Shown here: piece after piece, positions 1-10,652 of the stretch | How positions within the stretch are numbered: position 1 is the stretch's first letter | How the letters are laid out: each line of letters starts with the position of its first letter | Assembly (NCBI GenBank): GCA_032718475.1 | Contig: JAUCBJ010003577.1 | Coordinates: forward strand, 1-42,750 | Length of the DNA: 42,750 nucleotides | Direction: 5' to 3' | Source of the DNA: Nemertoderma westbladi | Taxonomy: Eukaryota > Animalia > Xenacoelomorpha | Notes under the pieces: generated by a model | Database searches by the model: none | What the model saw: the letters and a program-made list of their open reading frames with translations, nothing else | Told to the model about the DNA's origin: nothing | Position numbers and translations under genes: made by a program

Positions 1-9
1 ATGATTTTA

Positions 10-928
10 TTCCAAAATTGTAACATTACTCAACGCCGCTAGGATTAACAGCGAGTTGTTATTAGCACTTTACAACTTTAGAGGACATTACAGCATTGTA
101 TTGGCCTGTATAATTAGTGTAGTGGGTGTTGTAATGTCCCTTGTTTATGTGGTAACCAATGACGGCGAGCTGTAAAGTTACGGTGTCATTGGTTACCACG
201 TAAACAATAGGTGGTATTTGCCTGACAGCCAGATAGGCCTACTGCATTACCTACCGATAGGCGGGGTATGGCTATTAATAAACAGTAGGGCCTAGCTTAT
301 TATTATAACATGGCTCCAAACGCTACCATAAATATAAGCTAACTTATTTATACTGTATATGTCATTTTTACATTTATTTATACAGCAACTAATATAATTT
401 GTGCATTTTCTATTACTTATAATATATATACAATCATGTCGTAATGTTACAATTTTGTAATAAAACTACATACATACTTGTCTTGTTGCAAAGTAATTTG
501 TTCCAAAATTGTAACATTACTCAACGCCGTTAGTATTAACAGCGAGTTGTTATTTAGCAATTTACAACTTTTGAGGAAATTACAGCATTCTATTGGCCTG
601 TACATTTAGTATTGTATTTGGTGTTATCCGTTAAGTAATGTCCCCTTAGTGGACATTATTTCACGCCGTCATTGGTTACTACGTAAATAATTCTAGTAAA
701 TCTAGCAAATGTCATGGGTGATAGGGAGTTGTGGCGGTGCAATTTTGTTGACAAGCCGGGACAGCATTCTTAAAAATGCAGCTGTAATGCAGCATGCCGA
801 TCCTAGTATGTAGTAACGTAAATAATAGGTATAAATTTGCCTGACAGCCAGAAAGGCCTACTGCATTACCTACCGGTAGGCGGGGTATATCTATTAATAA
901 CCAGTTGGGCCTAGCTATACTATTATAA
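10..928. repeat. ~490-bp tandem duplication inside the intron of the BAF-fusion gene
   Basis: TTCCAAAATTGTAACATTACTCAACGCCG and downstream sequence recur at 10 and 501, and at 22987 and 23476 in copy 2. Confidence 0.85.
692..815 (+). mobile_element. 5'-truncated 3' fragment of the RTE LINE family found at 12169-21002
   Basis: Matches the reverse complement of ~12170-12285 (...AAATGCAGCTG.AATGCAGCATGCCGATCCTAGTA tail). Flanked by the 11-bp TSD ACGTAAATAAT (681-691, 816-826). Absent at the equivalent site in copy 2 (~23655). Confidence 0.9.
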
Positions 929-1348
929 GGCAGTTATTTTTTATGTCCTTTTATTTGAATTTTTTTTGTTTTCCTTTTTTTACGAATTGTGCATAATGAC
1001 TTTTGTTGTCCCTTTAATGACTTTTGTTGTCCTTTTAATGACTTTTTATGTATGTATTTCTTCAAACTGTCAGACTGCTGAATTCTGGACTGTCAGACAA
1101 TTGATTTCAACATGCGTATGCCAAAACATTCAAAATTTGTTGATTTCTGGTCTGTCGGACAGTTGGTTTCACTATGCCTGTGCCAAAACATTCCATAATT
1201 CTATGATTTATAGACTATGATATAGATTTCCATATGCGCCTGTGGCAAAAGACTCTAAATCTAATAGTTTGTGGTTGTTGTCGATAATCGATTACCACAT
1301 GACGTAGCAAAACACTCATTTTATAGCCAAAAATAATTACCAATTGAT

Positions 1349-2001
1349 GGAAAGGAGCAGGTTAAGGCCGAGTTTTCTAACCAAAACAATAAACAGTCAC
1401 TTTACCAAATGAAGGAAAGGAGCAGGTTACAGAGGCGGGCATTTCTAACCAAAACAATAAACGATCATTTAACTAATTGAGGGAAAGGAGCGGGTTACAG
1501 GGGCGGGATTTTCTCACCAAAACAATAAACACTCACTTTACGAAATCAGGGAATGGAGCAGGTTGCAGAGACGCGATTTTCTAACCAAAACAATAAACGA
1601 TAACATTACCAATTGAGAGAAAGGAGCAGGTTACAGAGGCGGGATTTTCTAACCAAAACAATAAACAGTCACTTTACCAAATCAGGGAAAGGAGCAGGTT
1701 ACAGAGACGGGATTTTCTAACCAAAACAATAAACGATACCATTACCAATTGAGAGAAAGGAGCAGGTTACAGAGGCGGGATTTCCTAACCAAAACTATAA
1801 ACGATCACTTAACTATTTGAGGGAAAGGGGCAGGTTACAGAGGCGGGATTTTCTAACCAAAACAATAAACAGTCACTTTACAAAATGAAGGGAAGGAGCA
1901 GGTTACAGAGGCAGGCCTTTCTAACCAAAACAATAAACGGTCACTTTACCAAATCAGGGAACGGAGCAGGTTACAGAGGCGGGATTTTCTAACCAATACA
2001 A
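1349..2001 (+). repeat. Minisatellite, ~10 copies of a ~68-bp unit
   Basis: GGAAAGGAGCAGGTTACAGAGGCGGGATTTTCTAACCAAAACAATAAAC core repeated with a ~68-bp period. A further single unit is at ~4081-4128. Confidence 0.95.
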
Positions 2002-2159
2002 CCGGTCAGCCGGTAGGCCTACCAGTACCGTATTTAAATGGTAGGCTACACAGTAGGCCTATAGCAGTACCGGTGCCGGTACCGGTACTAAAATACCTAA
2101 AATACCTGTTTTATACCTACATCTGTACATGCAATACTGCAAAATAGTGCTCTATATAC

Positions 2160-2349
2160 TAATACCGGTACTGATAGCCTGAGAGAACAGTCGGTAGAGA
2201 AACCGGTAGCATGGAACCTAACGGTAAATTTCTGGAGGACATAAAAAGTCAAAATCAAACTAATACCGGTACTGATAGCCTGAGAGAACAGCAGTAGAGA
2301 AACCGGTAGCATGGAACCTAACGTTAGATTTCTGGAGGACATAAAAAGT
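2160..2349 (+). repeat. Two-copy ~90-bp direct repeat
   Basis: TAATACCGGTACTGATAGCCTGAGAGAACAG...CTGGAGGACATAAAAAGT occurs at ~2160 and ~2261. Confidence 0.9.
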
Positions 2350-2839
2350 AAAAAAAAAAGGATTTAAACGGACAATAAAAATTATTGCGTTATTATAACA
2401 TGGCTCCACAGTCCACACGCCACCATAAATATAGGCCTAAGCTAACACGTTCGTGGGGCCTTCGCACAGCACGAGGCCCAGTTATGAGATACAAGTTAAA
2501 ATTGTGCGACTGTATCACAAAATCAGGTTATGAGAGATTAACCCACACCACCAATTAATCTAAGAAAGGGGGATAGTACGTGTTCGCCCCTTTTAATCTG
2601 CACCCCCCCCCCCCCCCTCCCCCCACCCACCAATACATAACCGCGATATCTACCACCCATGGAAGGGTAGCACGAACCTATTTCCAAACGCACGTTCAAT
2701 ATGCAAAGCCAGGTGGTTTATAGGAATATAATCAATGCAGTACTCGTCTTCATTATAAGCCTCTTTGCGTTCGACCTGTTTTGTATTAAAATATATTTAT
2801 TAAACGCAGGCTGACGCTCTTTATAATAATAATACCTAG

Positions 2840-3176
2840 GGATGCCAGCTTCCAGACTTTCAATCTTTACTGCCGCGCAAACCCCGCAGAGGAAGTTTTG
2901 GTTTGAGAGATCAAGCCCATCGGCAATTGGTGTTTCAATTTCGGTCCAGGAACTCTGACAAAGGGAGCATTCAATCTTAGCTGTGGTCCATTCCCGTGGT
3001 TTCAGCTTCCTTTTCTTCGTCCCAATGACAGATTCTTCTGAAGACGTTCGATTCGCTTTCAGTTTATTGTTGGCGTTTGTGTTTTGAAGTTGTATTCGAG
3101 TGGACAGTCGCGCCGGTTTCGAGGTAACCATACCGACCTGTGATAAGCGTTGGTTTTGTTGAGTGCCGGTATTCAT
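2840..3176 (-). pseudogene. Fragment resembling a LINE ORF1 Cys-rich (PHD-like) N-terminus
   Basis: IECSLCQSSW...FLCGVC followed by the coiled-coil-like KIESLE. Truncated by unrelated sequence. Confidence 0.4.
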
Positions 3177-3421
3177 CTTCTCTCACCTCTTCAATGTCAG
3201 ATGTTGCAAATACTGATAACACGAATAACGGTATATATTTCAATACTTGTCAATAGATATAATTTAGATAACTATTTTATATCTGTACTGTTGAGCAAAC
3301 TCTACATAAATTCCAACCTGTGTATCGCCGGTAGTGCTGTTGCTGTGCAAGTGCTGAAGTGCTAGTTGCCACCGGTCAGCCGGTACCGGTAGTAGGGTGG
3401 TACCATGGCCTACTACACACA

Positions 3422-5197
3422 GGCCATGACAAGGACTTTGCTGTGAAATTAGCGTAGGCTGACTGCTGAATTATCAAATATTATATTTTCCACGAATGCA
3501 GGGTCCATATTTAAAAGAAGATAAGTAGATTTTCGTAAATAATTTAATTGAAACAGTATTTAATAATTAATTAATTAATTATCGCTAGAGTTCCTGCAGC
3601 TTTTATTTGTTTGTGGCTGCCTCTGGCTATGTTTGTGGCAGGAATGTTTGAACGCTTATAAGTCAGTCAATCAAGGATGAAATGGAACCAAACTTGGTAC
3701 ACATGTAGTCTATAACAAATTTTGAAATTCTACACACAGATAGACTTCTACAGTTCCCCTGTCTGCCGCTAGGGGGCGAATTAACAGGAACGTAAAAATA
3801 CGAGCATTGCCTAAGAGCATTGCTTAATTAGAAATTCTACAGAGACTTTTACAGTTCCTGTCTGCCGCTAGTGGGGAATTGTTAGAGCTCCAGTTCAACG
3901 TGCTTAGCACGGTTTAATAAACAATAAATTAATTATTTTATTCAATACAGTAATTATAACAGTAAAATGCAATGTATTCTATTTTTTAGTAAAATCAAGA
4001 GACAGGAGGGGGGTGGGACTGGACGCAAATCCCATCTTGGCGAATTAATATCCCGCCTCAATATTAATTTCTCAATTTTGGGAAAGGAGCAGGTTACAGT
4101 GGCACGTTATTTTAACCAAAACAATAAAGTAAACACAATAGAACAGGTTACAGTTTTATTTTTTAATGAGTAATCAGCTGTTGTTATTTGCGTCCAATTT
4201 CCGCTGGAGAGGGATGAATTTTTATTGCGTCCAGTCCCCCCCCCCCCCCCCCCCCCCTATCTTGAAATCAAATACCAAAAATATATTTATTATATGAACA
4301 ATCTATTTGGAAATTGTAAGTTCGGCCTATCTCTTTACCATAAGCTCAGTATCTTTATCTGGTGTGTTTTTATTATTTTACCAATTATTTAATACGTTTG
4401 ATAGAATTGAACAACACCGCCCAACACAACCAACTCTCTATCCGCCTCGAGCTGTCGAGCATCGAGAATACGAGAAACTCGATCGAAATACCTGCTTATC
4501 CCAGTAGTATCCGTCCGTAGTCACCGGACCGCTGCGGTTTACTCCCGTAGAACAGTAGAATTCCCGCAGCTTTCGACCCAATTCGACAACGAATTCGCTT
4601 CACACTTTCACGTCGCAGAGAACGTAATCCAGTGCGATACAAGTATGCCCGACGTTCAACCATTTCCCCCAGGCGATACCAGGATCCGGGCCGCCGCTAA
4701 ACCCAGATCGCAATCCTCGTCGATTCGTCCAGTCGTCGACGTAAGTCAGTAAGTGGGACTCTTCCCACCGCACTCCAAGGTGGGTGACCGGAGTGAGGCA
4801 TGAGGAACTTGGCAGTGGCCCGCATTACGATCTGACCGACCGCCGTATTCCCAGTGTCTGAGTGTAGTAAATACCCAAATAGAATCGTACTGACAAACAA
4901 GCAATTCCGTAGCAGCGTAGTATTCCCCCGTTAATCACCTCTTGAAGCAACTCGGCTGCTCGGGTCCAGATACGGGTCCAGGGAGCGTTTCAGACAGTAA
5001 TGGAGCAGCATTTGCGAATATTTCCAATGGTTTTATAATAAATAAGGGGATTAAATGCTAAAACAAATGGATTATTCCTAACCCCACCCCAATACAGCAG
5101 TATACCTAACAGTATATAGCTTGTACCACAGTACCATAATCTGATAATCAGCACAGTCAGCCTACGCTAATTTCACAGCAAAGTCCTTGTCATGGCC
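3422..5197. mobile_element. ~1.8-kb element bounded by perfect ~42-bp TIRs
   Basis: GGCCATGACAAGGACTTTGCTGTGAAATTAGCGTAGGCTGAC at 3422 and its exact reverse complement ending at 5197. No clear TSD and no transposase. Confidence 0.7.
3996..4264. mobile_element. Small MITE-like element
   Basis: G-rich GGGACTGGACGCAA (~4015-4028) is inverted relative to TTGCGTCCAGTCCC + poly-C (~4225-4257). Confidence 0.5.
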
Positions 5198-6521
5198 ATG
5201 GGTGGTACCTACGGTGCGCACTACAACGGCAGTACAGCAATACGGTGTACCGTGCCAATGCAGCAATGACTGAATGATTAGCGGTAACTATCTAAACTAT
5301 TATATTATTATTACCTGGTGCCGGTACCGGTACTGGGCTAATTAGGCCTAAACTTTAATCACCGCAAGGGTTGCCGGGGTTAATTAGATTACATGATATG
5401 GCATGTCTGCAGTGTATGGTACCGGCTGACCAGTATTGCAGTATTGACTGATTCTCAATTCATTCGCAGGATTCTCGATTCAGGGATTGAGTACAGCCTG
5501 ACAGTACCGGTACACATGGTACATGCAGACAACCCCAATGTATTGCAAAATTTGTCAGAAAACCCAGCTGATTTATCCTACAGTAATAATAATTTAACGC
5601 ATTTTAAATTTGGATAAATAAATTTATTATAACTGCAATAACAGTTACACTGATGCTGCACGAAGACCCCACGCAAATTCTACTTGGAAAATTTTCAAAC
5701 TTTTGCCAAACAACATGTGTACCAAGTTTGGATAGATTTCATCAAGGATTGGCCGAGTTATTAACGTTTAAAATAAAATACTGAAAAAAAACGCGACAGA
5801 ACGACAGGTTGATTAATGGTACCACTACGCTAAGGCTCACTCACTTCGTGGCTCGCCCCACAGGTTGATTAATGGTACCCCTACGCTAAGGCTCACTCAC
5901 TTCGTGGCTCGCCCCACATATTTATAACATAATTTTTGTCACTTTTACACTTATTTATACAGCAACTAATTTAATTTGTCCAGTTTCTATCACTTATAAT
6001 ATATATACAATCATTTCGTAATGTTAAAATTTTCGAATAAATCTACATACATAGTACTTGTTGCAAAGTACTTTACAGTGTTCTGATCCTCGTGTCTTTA
6101 TTTTCACTCACTCACTCACTCACTAACTTTCGTTCGTGTAACAAAGCCACTCGGATCATCACACTGTAAAGTGCTACTTTACACACAAGTACTGTATATA
6201 AATAGTTATTACGATTTTTAATGAGAACCGAGTCACGAAAGTAAACTAAAAAGGTAAAGTTATCTTTGTACATTATTTCAGGGAAAACGCACAAAGAATC
6301 ATTTATTTCCAGTGCGATTCCCCCAGAACTACTGTATTCTGCCTAGAAGAAACTTACTCTTTTAGCGATCGTTTAAGGATGCAAGGCGCATAGATGAATC
6401 CGGGTTAACTTGAACCCACGGTAGCCAGATATGTTAATTATAGGTAATGGGCTAAACGACAAGGATGTGACAGAGAAATTTTTCCCAACATAAATAATTA
6501 TATTAAAATAAATAAACAAAC

Positions 6522-6590
6522 CTTCCCTTTCATCCCATTCCCTCTACGACTCCTTGACCTGCTTCTATTCCCTTTCTTCTTCGCAGCCAT
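6522..6590 (-). CDS. Exon 1 of protamine-like/BAF fusion gene, copy 1 (MAAKKKGNRSRSRSRRGNGMKGK); BAF exon predicted just outside the window
   Basis: ATG at 6590, 23 codons, then the donor AAG|GTTTGT. Identical to 24377-24445. Window position 1 corresponds to 22978, which is 30 bp intron-side of the copy-2 acceptor. Confidence 0.8.
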
Positions 6591-6704
6591 TTCGTTCCAA
6601 CACGGATACAGTAGGCCTACTTGTTATTATTATCTATCCTATTTAATTTAAATTGTGTTACAAATTTAATAGAGCGATTCGTGTATGACAACTTTTTTCA
6701 ATGT

Positions 6705-6825
6705 TTGTTATTTATATATGAAGACTAAATTCTAGAATTAGTTAACCCACCGATTAAATTATATTATAGGTGGTTGATTGGATGTAATAAACTAACGGCG
6801 TATTAATTCTGTTAACGGTATTCAG
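6705..6825 (-). promoter_or_regulatory. Putative promoter of BAF-fusion copy 1 (TATA, CCAAT, MYB-like sites)
   Basis: Minus-strand TATATAAA at ~6711-6718, CCAAT at ~6777-6781, TAACGG at 6793 and CTGTTAACGG at 6809-6818. Same block at ~24565-24675. Confidence 0.5.
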
Positions 6826-7129
6826 AATCCACCCCCCCCCCCCCCCCCCCCCCCGCCTAACATGTCCAGAAATTACATTGTACTCATTCTATTGTCATAA
6901 TTTGGAACAAGTCTCCACAAGCACCCACAACCTACGTAGGTATGGGAGGCCCATTAAATTATTATACTGTACCTACAAATCGTAATCGCATGAAATTTTG
7001 ATAACAAATAGTGGGGTCCTAATATTTATTAGCATGGTAATACTTATTTATATTAGCTTAAACAGGGTGTTATATATATATATTCACGAAATAGGCGAAG
7101 CCTTAGCATTGGGGTAGGCCTAACACTAA

Positions 7130-7657
7130 GGCCCCCCTCACACGGAGCAATTGTTTCTGCAACTTGTTTCTGAAACATGTATCTGAAACTTGTTTCTGAA
7201 ACTTGTTGCTGGACCCCCTCACACACAGAAACTTGTTTCTAAAACTTGTTTCCGAAACTTGTTTCTGTGTGTGAGGAGTCCAGCAACAAGTTTCTGCAAC
7301 TTGTTTCCGAAACTTATTTCTGTGTGTGAGGGGGCCCAGCAACAAGTTGCTGGAAGTTATATTCCCAGCAACTTTTTTAAAAACCTTTTATACATCCAAT
7401 TTTTAGATTAGAGCTAATATTCGATAAATTGAGTGATTTGATATTATATATAAATCACTGGAAATGTTAGCTATTTGTTTTGAAATAATTGTTATTTTCT
7501 TGAGCAACAAGTTTCTGTGTGTGAGTGGGTCCAGCAACAAGTTGCTGAAGCAAGTTTCTGAAACAAGTTGCAGAAACAAGTTGCAGCAACTTGTTTCTGT
7601 GTGTGAGGGGGTCCAGCAACAAGTTGCAGAAACAAGTTGCTCCGTGTGAGGGGGGCC
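7130..7657. mobile_element. MITE (PIF/Harbinger-like or TA-target) with long internally repetitive inverted arms
   Basis: TAA|GGCCCCCCTCACACGGAGCAA ... TTGCTCCGTGTGAGGGGGGCC|TTA. Arms are built of AACTTGTTTCTG / CAGAAACAAGTT motifs. Confidence 0.85.
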
Positions 7658-7699
7658 TTAAATAGGTACTTGTTTGTTCCTAGTGTTCCTAGTGTATTC

Positions 7700-7925
7700 C
7701 TAGTTCCTGGGTGGGTAGGCCTACCACTAATGATTTGTCTGTCGTTATTGTCTGTCATCGTCGTCTAATATTTGATCGCTAATAACTCGGTTCTTCCATA
7801 ATAAACTTAAAGCAAACTTGGTACGTATGTAGACCGTCAAACGTTTAGAAAGAATCTGAAGTTTAGTCAAAAATCGGACTGTCTGACAGTTTGCATTCTC
7901 GGGCCGAGAATGCACGAGAATGTAC
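7700..7925 (+). mobile_element. Possible short HINE/Helentron-like non-autonomous element
   Basis: GTCTGTC microsatellite, AAACTTGGTACG core and a terminal hairpin GCATTCTCG-GGC-CGAGAATGC (~7893-7913). Confidence 0.35.
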
Positions 7926-8195
7926 TTTTGGCGGGAACGGCGACCAACACATACAATGAAAAAAAAGAGTTTCGGTATAATTGTTAGTTAAAGCTGATTT
8001 CTGAGGTGTTTGTGACTGTTGTTAGGGAGTAAGTGTGATGAGTGTTATTTTTCGCCAACTACTGTTGGTGAAGAAATTTGTTAAAAAGATACGTTTGTGT
8101 AAGGCCGTGGACAGTTTTGTAAAACGAGATTAGACAAAATAATGGCATCCGGTCTTGAGGAGAGGGGCTGTAGGTTGCATTCCTTTTTTTTTATA

Positions 8196-8368
8196 GATTT
8201 TATATAGGTAATTTAAAAAATATAGGGTTTCAAATAATACTTCTGCACAATTTATTAATTAATATGTTTATTGTAAATCGTCTAAATTACTGCCACAGTT
8301 GGCCGGTATCGTAAACTGTTCGATATTATAGCTTTTTGAAGAACATTTTGTCTGTAAGAACTTTATCT
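8196..8368 (-). pseudogene. Orphan duplicate of the 3' UTR/poly(A) region of the protamine-like gene
   Basis: Near-identical to 10457-10629, including the minus-strand AATAAA. No coding exon is attached. Confidence 0.8.
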
Positions 8369-8457
8369 TTCATTAACTTATATATTAACTTATACCACTT
8401 ATATACCACTTATACATTAACTTATATATGAACTTATATATTATTCATATATATATA

Positions 8458-10310
8458 CAGGGTGTCCCATAAAATTTGTTACTACTTTGAATTTATATAA
8501 CTCCCACGTATGTTGGATAAAATATAAGTTTTTTATAACAATTTAAAGCCAATATTGTAACTTAGATTTTGGTCTGTGTTTGGAAACTCAACGTTGTCAT
8601 GGAAACAAAATACAGCCAAGTGAATTCAAAAGCCAGAGTTTATACATTCGTAAGTGAAGCTTCGAGGCCGTTTAAATAGGTAATGCGCTATTTGGACGAT
8701 ACATGGTAATGAACATTGCTTGTTTGTTATGAAAGGATAAAATTCGAGGAACGGTGGTCATAAAGTGTATTATTTTTGGTTATTTATTTTATTACAATTT
8801 ATTTTGTGCCAATATTCAACATACTAATCTGACAAACAAATAAAGTATACAATCAATGCAATACTGTATGTATGCATACACACTCTAGCATTAAATAATA
8901 AATAATGCCTGTGACGATATAATAAACCTGGAATAATTATAATGTACTTGTAATGTAATTGAATCTAAGAGTTAGATTGATTAGACACTAGAAGTTTAAT
9001 GCTATTATTGTACCGGTATCTATTTGTAAATTTCTATGTGGCCACCTCCTATTTCCTTCACTTTTTCTAGTCTACTCATCATTTCTGCAAAGGATCTCTG
9101 AAGATGGGCTTTCGGTATTCCGTTGAAGGCTTCAGTAATAGCAGGACGAAGTTGGGCCAAGGATTCAATCGGTTGGCTATAAACTAAGTTCTTAATGTGG
9201 CCCCATAAATAGAAGTCCATCTCTGCCAATCCAATGTCCGTTAAAATGACAGTCCAAGTAATTCCTAACGATAAGCCCCCAGTGTGGCGGTGCACCATCT
9301 TGCTGGAACACAATATCGCTATGATGGATTCCTAACCGAGGAACAAAAAAATGAAGATATCAAATTTAAATAACTGGCACTTGTAACAGTTGGTGTATCA
9401 AAAAAGTATGGACCAATTAATAGTGTGCGAGACATGGCTTCCCATACAGTGACCTTTGGTGAGTCGCGAGATTTTTCAGCGATTGAGTGTGGGTTTTCCT
9501 TTCCCCAAATCCGAGAATTCCATCTATTTACTTGTCCATTGACATGAAAGGTAGACTCATCACTAAAGAATACCTTGGATAAGTCCTTAGATTCTAGAAA
9601 GTTCAATATCTGGGCCGCATTATTGACACGTCTGGTGTAGTCGTTTTGTTGAATTGCATGTAGGAGCTGAATTTTGTAAGATTTAAATTTGAGTTTCTTA
9701 ATAACTTTTTGAATACTGCTTCGACTGTAGCTTAATGATAGTGATGCCCGCCTCAGTGATGTCTTGGGATTCTGGATAAAATGGGCCTCAATGATTTCTC
9801 TTGAAACACGAATGCGTCTTCCTGACCCCTTTTTTCTGGTGAAACCGAATTCGGATGAAAGTTTTTTTACGAATCTTAAAATTTCAGCGTTTTTAGGAAG
9901 ACGCTGATTTGGAAATTTGTGTCCAAATGTACTAGCTGTTAGTTTGGGCGACTTAGTTTCAAAATACGTTTTTACAGTAAAAACTTTCTCTTCACCAGAG
10001 AACATGGTTCCAACTTAAAACACAAGAGTAAACCAAAATGGTAGCTAGTCTTATTTCCATAGCAACACTAACTTTCCCATAAAATAAATACCCACAAAAG
10101 CCTAGAACATGCACCTACGAATGTATAAAATCTGGCTTTTGAATTCAATTGGCTGTATTTTGTTTCCATGACAACGTTGTGATTCCAAACACAGACCAAA
10201 ATCTAAGTTAGAATATTGGCTTTAAATTGATATAAAAAACTTATATTTTATCCAACATACGTGGGAGTTATATAAATTCAAAGTAGTAACAAATTTTATG
10301 GGACACCCTG
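8458..10310 (-). mobile_element. Tc1/mariner-superfamily DNA transposon, full length but decayed
   Basis: TA|CAGGGTGTCCC ... GGGACACCCTG|TA, with ~195-bp TIRs (8458-~8652, ~10117-10310). Confidence 0.95.
9020..10005 (-). pseudogene. Frameshifted Tc1/mariner (DD..D-type) transposase
   Basis: VFFSDESTF, FQQDGAPPH (alternative frame near 9290-9315) and DFYLWGHIK motifs. The WPxxSPDL segment before the last Asp is missing and the frame is broken. Confidence 0.9.
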
Positions 10311-10652
10311 TATATTATCATATATATTATGTTAGTCCTTGGTAAGTATGTTATTGTGTAGACCTATTATAACTCTCTTATATTAGTTAGCTAGTGTTTT
10401 TTTTCATTATTGTTTTACCAGGCAGCTAGTGATTTCTAATAGTACAAATAGCTATCGATTTTATATAGGTAATTTAAAAAATATAGGGTTTCAAATAATA
10501 TTGCTCCACAATTTATTAATTAATCTGTTTATTGTAAATCGTCTAAATTACTGCCACAGTTGGCCGGTATCGTAAACTGTTCGATATTAAAGCTTTTTGA
10601 AGAACATTTTGTCTGTAAGAACTTTATCTCTCGGCATTTTCTTTCCTTTTCA

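Larger units (their letters stand above)
929..2389. mobile_element. Non-autonomous DNA transposon with 8-9 bp TSD (Merlin/Mutator-like) carrying a minisatellite
   Basis: TSD TATTATAA at 921-928 and 2391-2398. Imperfect TIRs (GGCAGTTATTTTTTATGTCC / GGACAATAAAAATTATTGCG). Empty site in copy 2 at ~23760. Superfamily inferred only from TSD length and the GG terminus. Confidence 0.7.
2448..5916. mobile_element. Composite ~3.5-kb insertion of nested non-autonomous elements (Helentron/HINE-like parts)
   Basis: Absent in copy 2 (AAGCTAACATATTTATAAC at ~23796). Contains the TGTACCAAGTTTGG-type core (~5718; inverted at ~3688) and a duplicated ~55-bp end at ~5804-5916. The classification is inference. 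Confidence 0.55.
1..6912. repeat. Segmental duplicate (copy 1) of 22978-24764, expanded by TE insertions
   Basis: 1-928 aligns with 22978-~23767, and ~5917-6912 aligns with ~23801-24764 at high identity. Copy 1 has extra inserts at 692-815, 929-2389 and ~2448-5916. Confidence 0.95.

Noticed and set aside
1349-2001. CRISPR-like array
   Set aside because: The inter-core segments are similar to each other rather than unique spacers, there are no cas genes, and the context is eukaryotic.
4400-5040. GC-rich segment as a solo LTR or gene
   Set aside because: No TG..CA ends, TSD, PBS or coding signal could be established.
6112-6294. Duplicated 60-aa ORFs (also 23990-24172) as a gene or extra exon
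   Set aside because: Non-ATG start and no recognisable motif. Their similarity is explained by the segmental duplication.
7103-7758. Short repetitive ORFs on both strands
   Set aside because: By-products of the MITE's internal inverted repeats.
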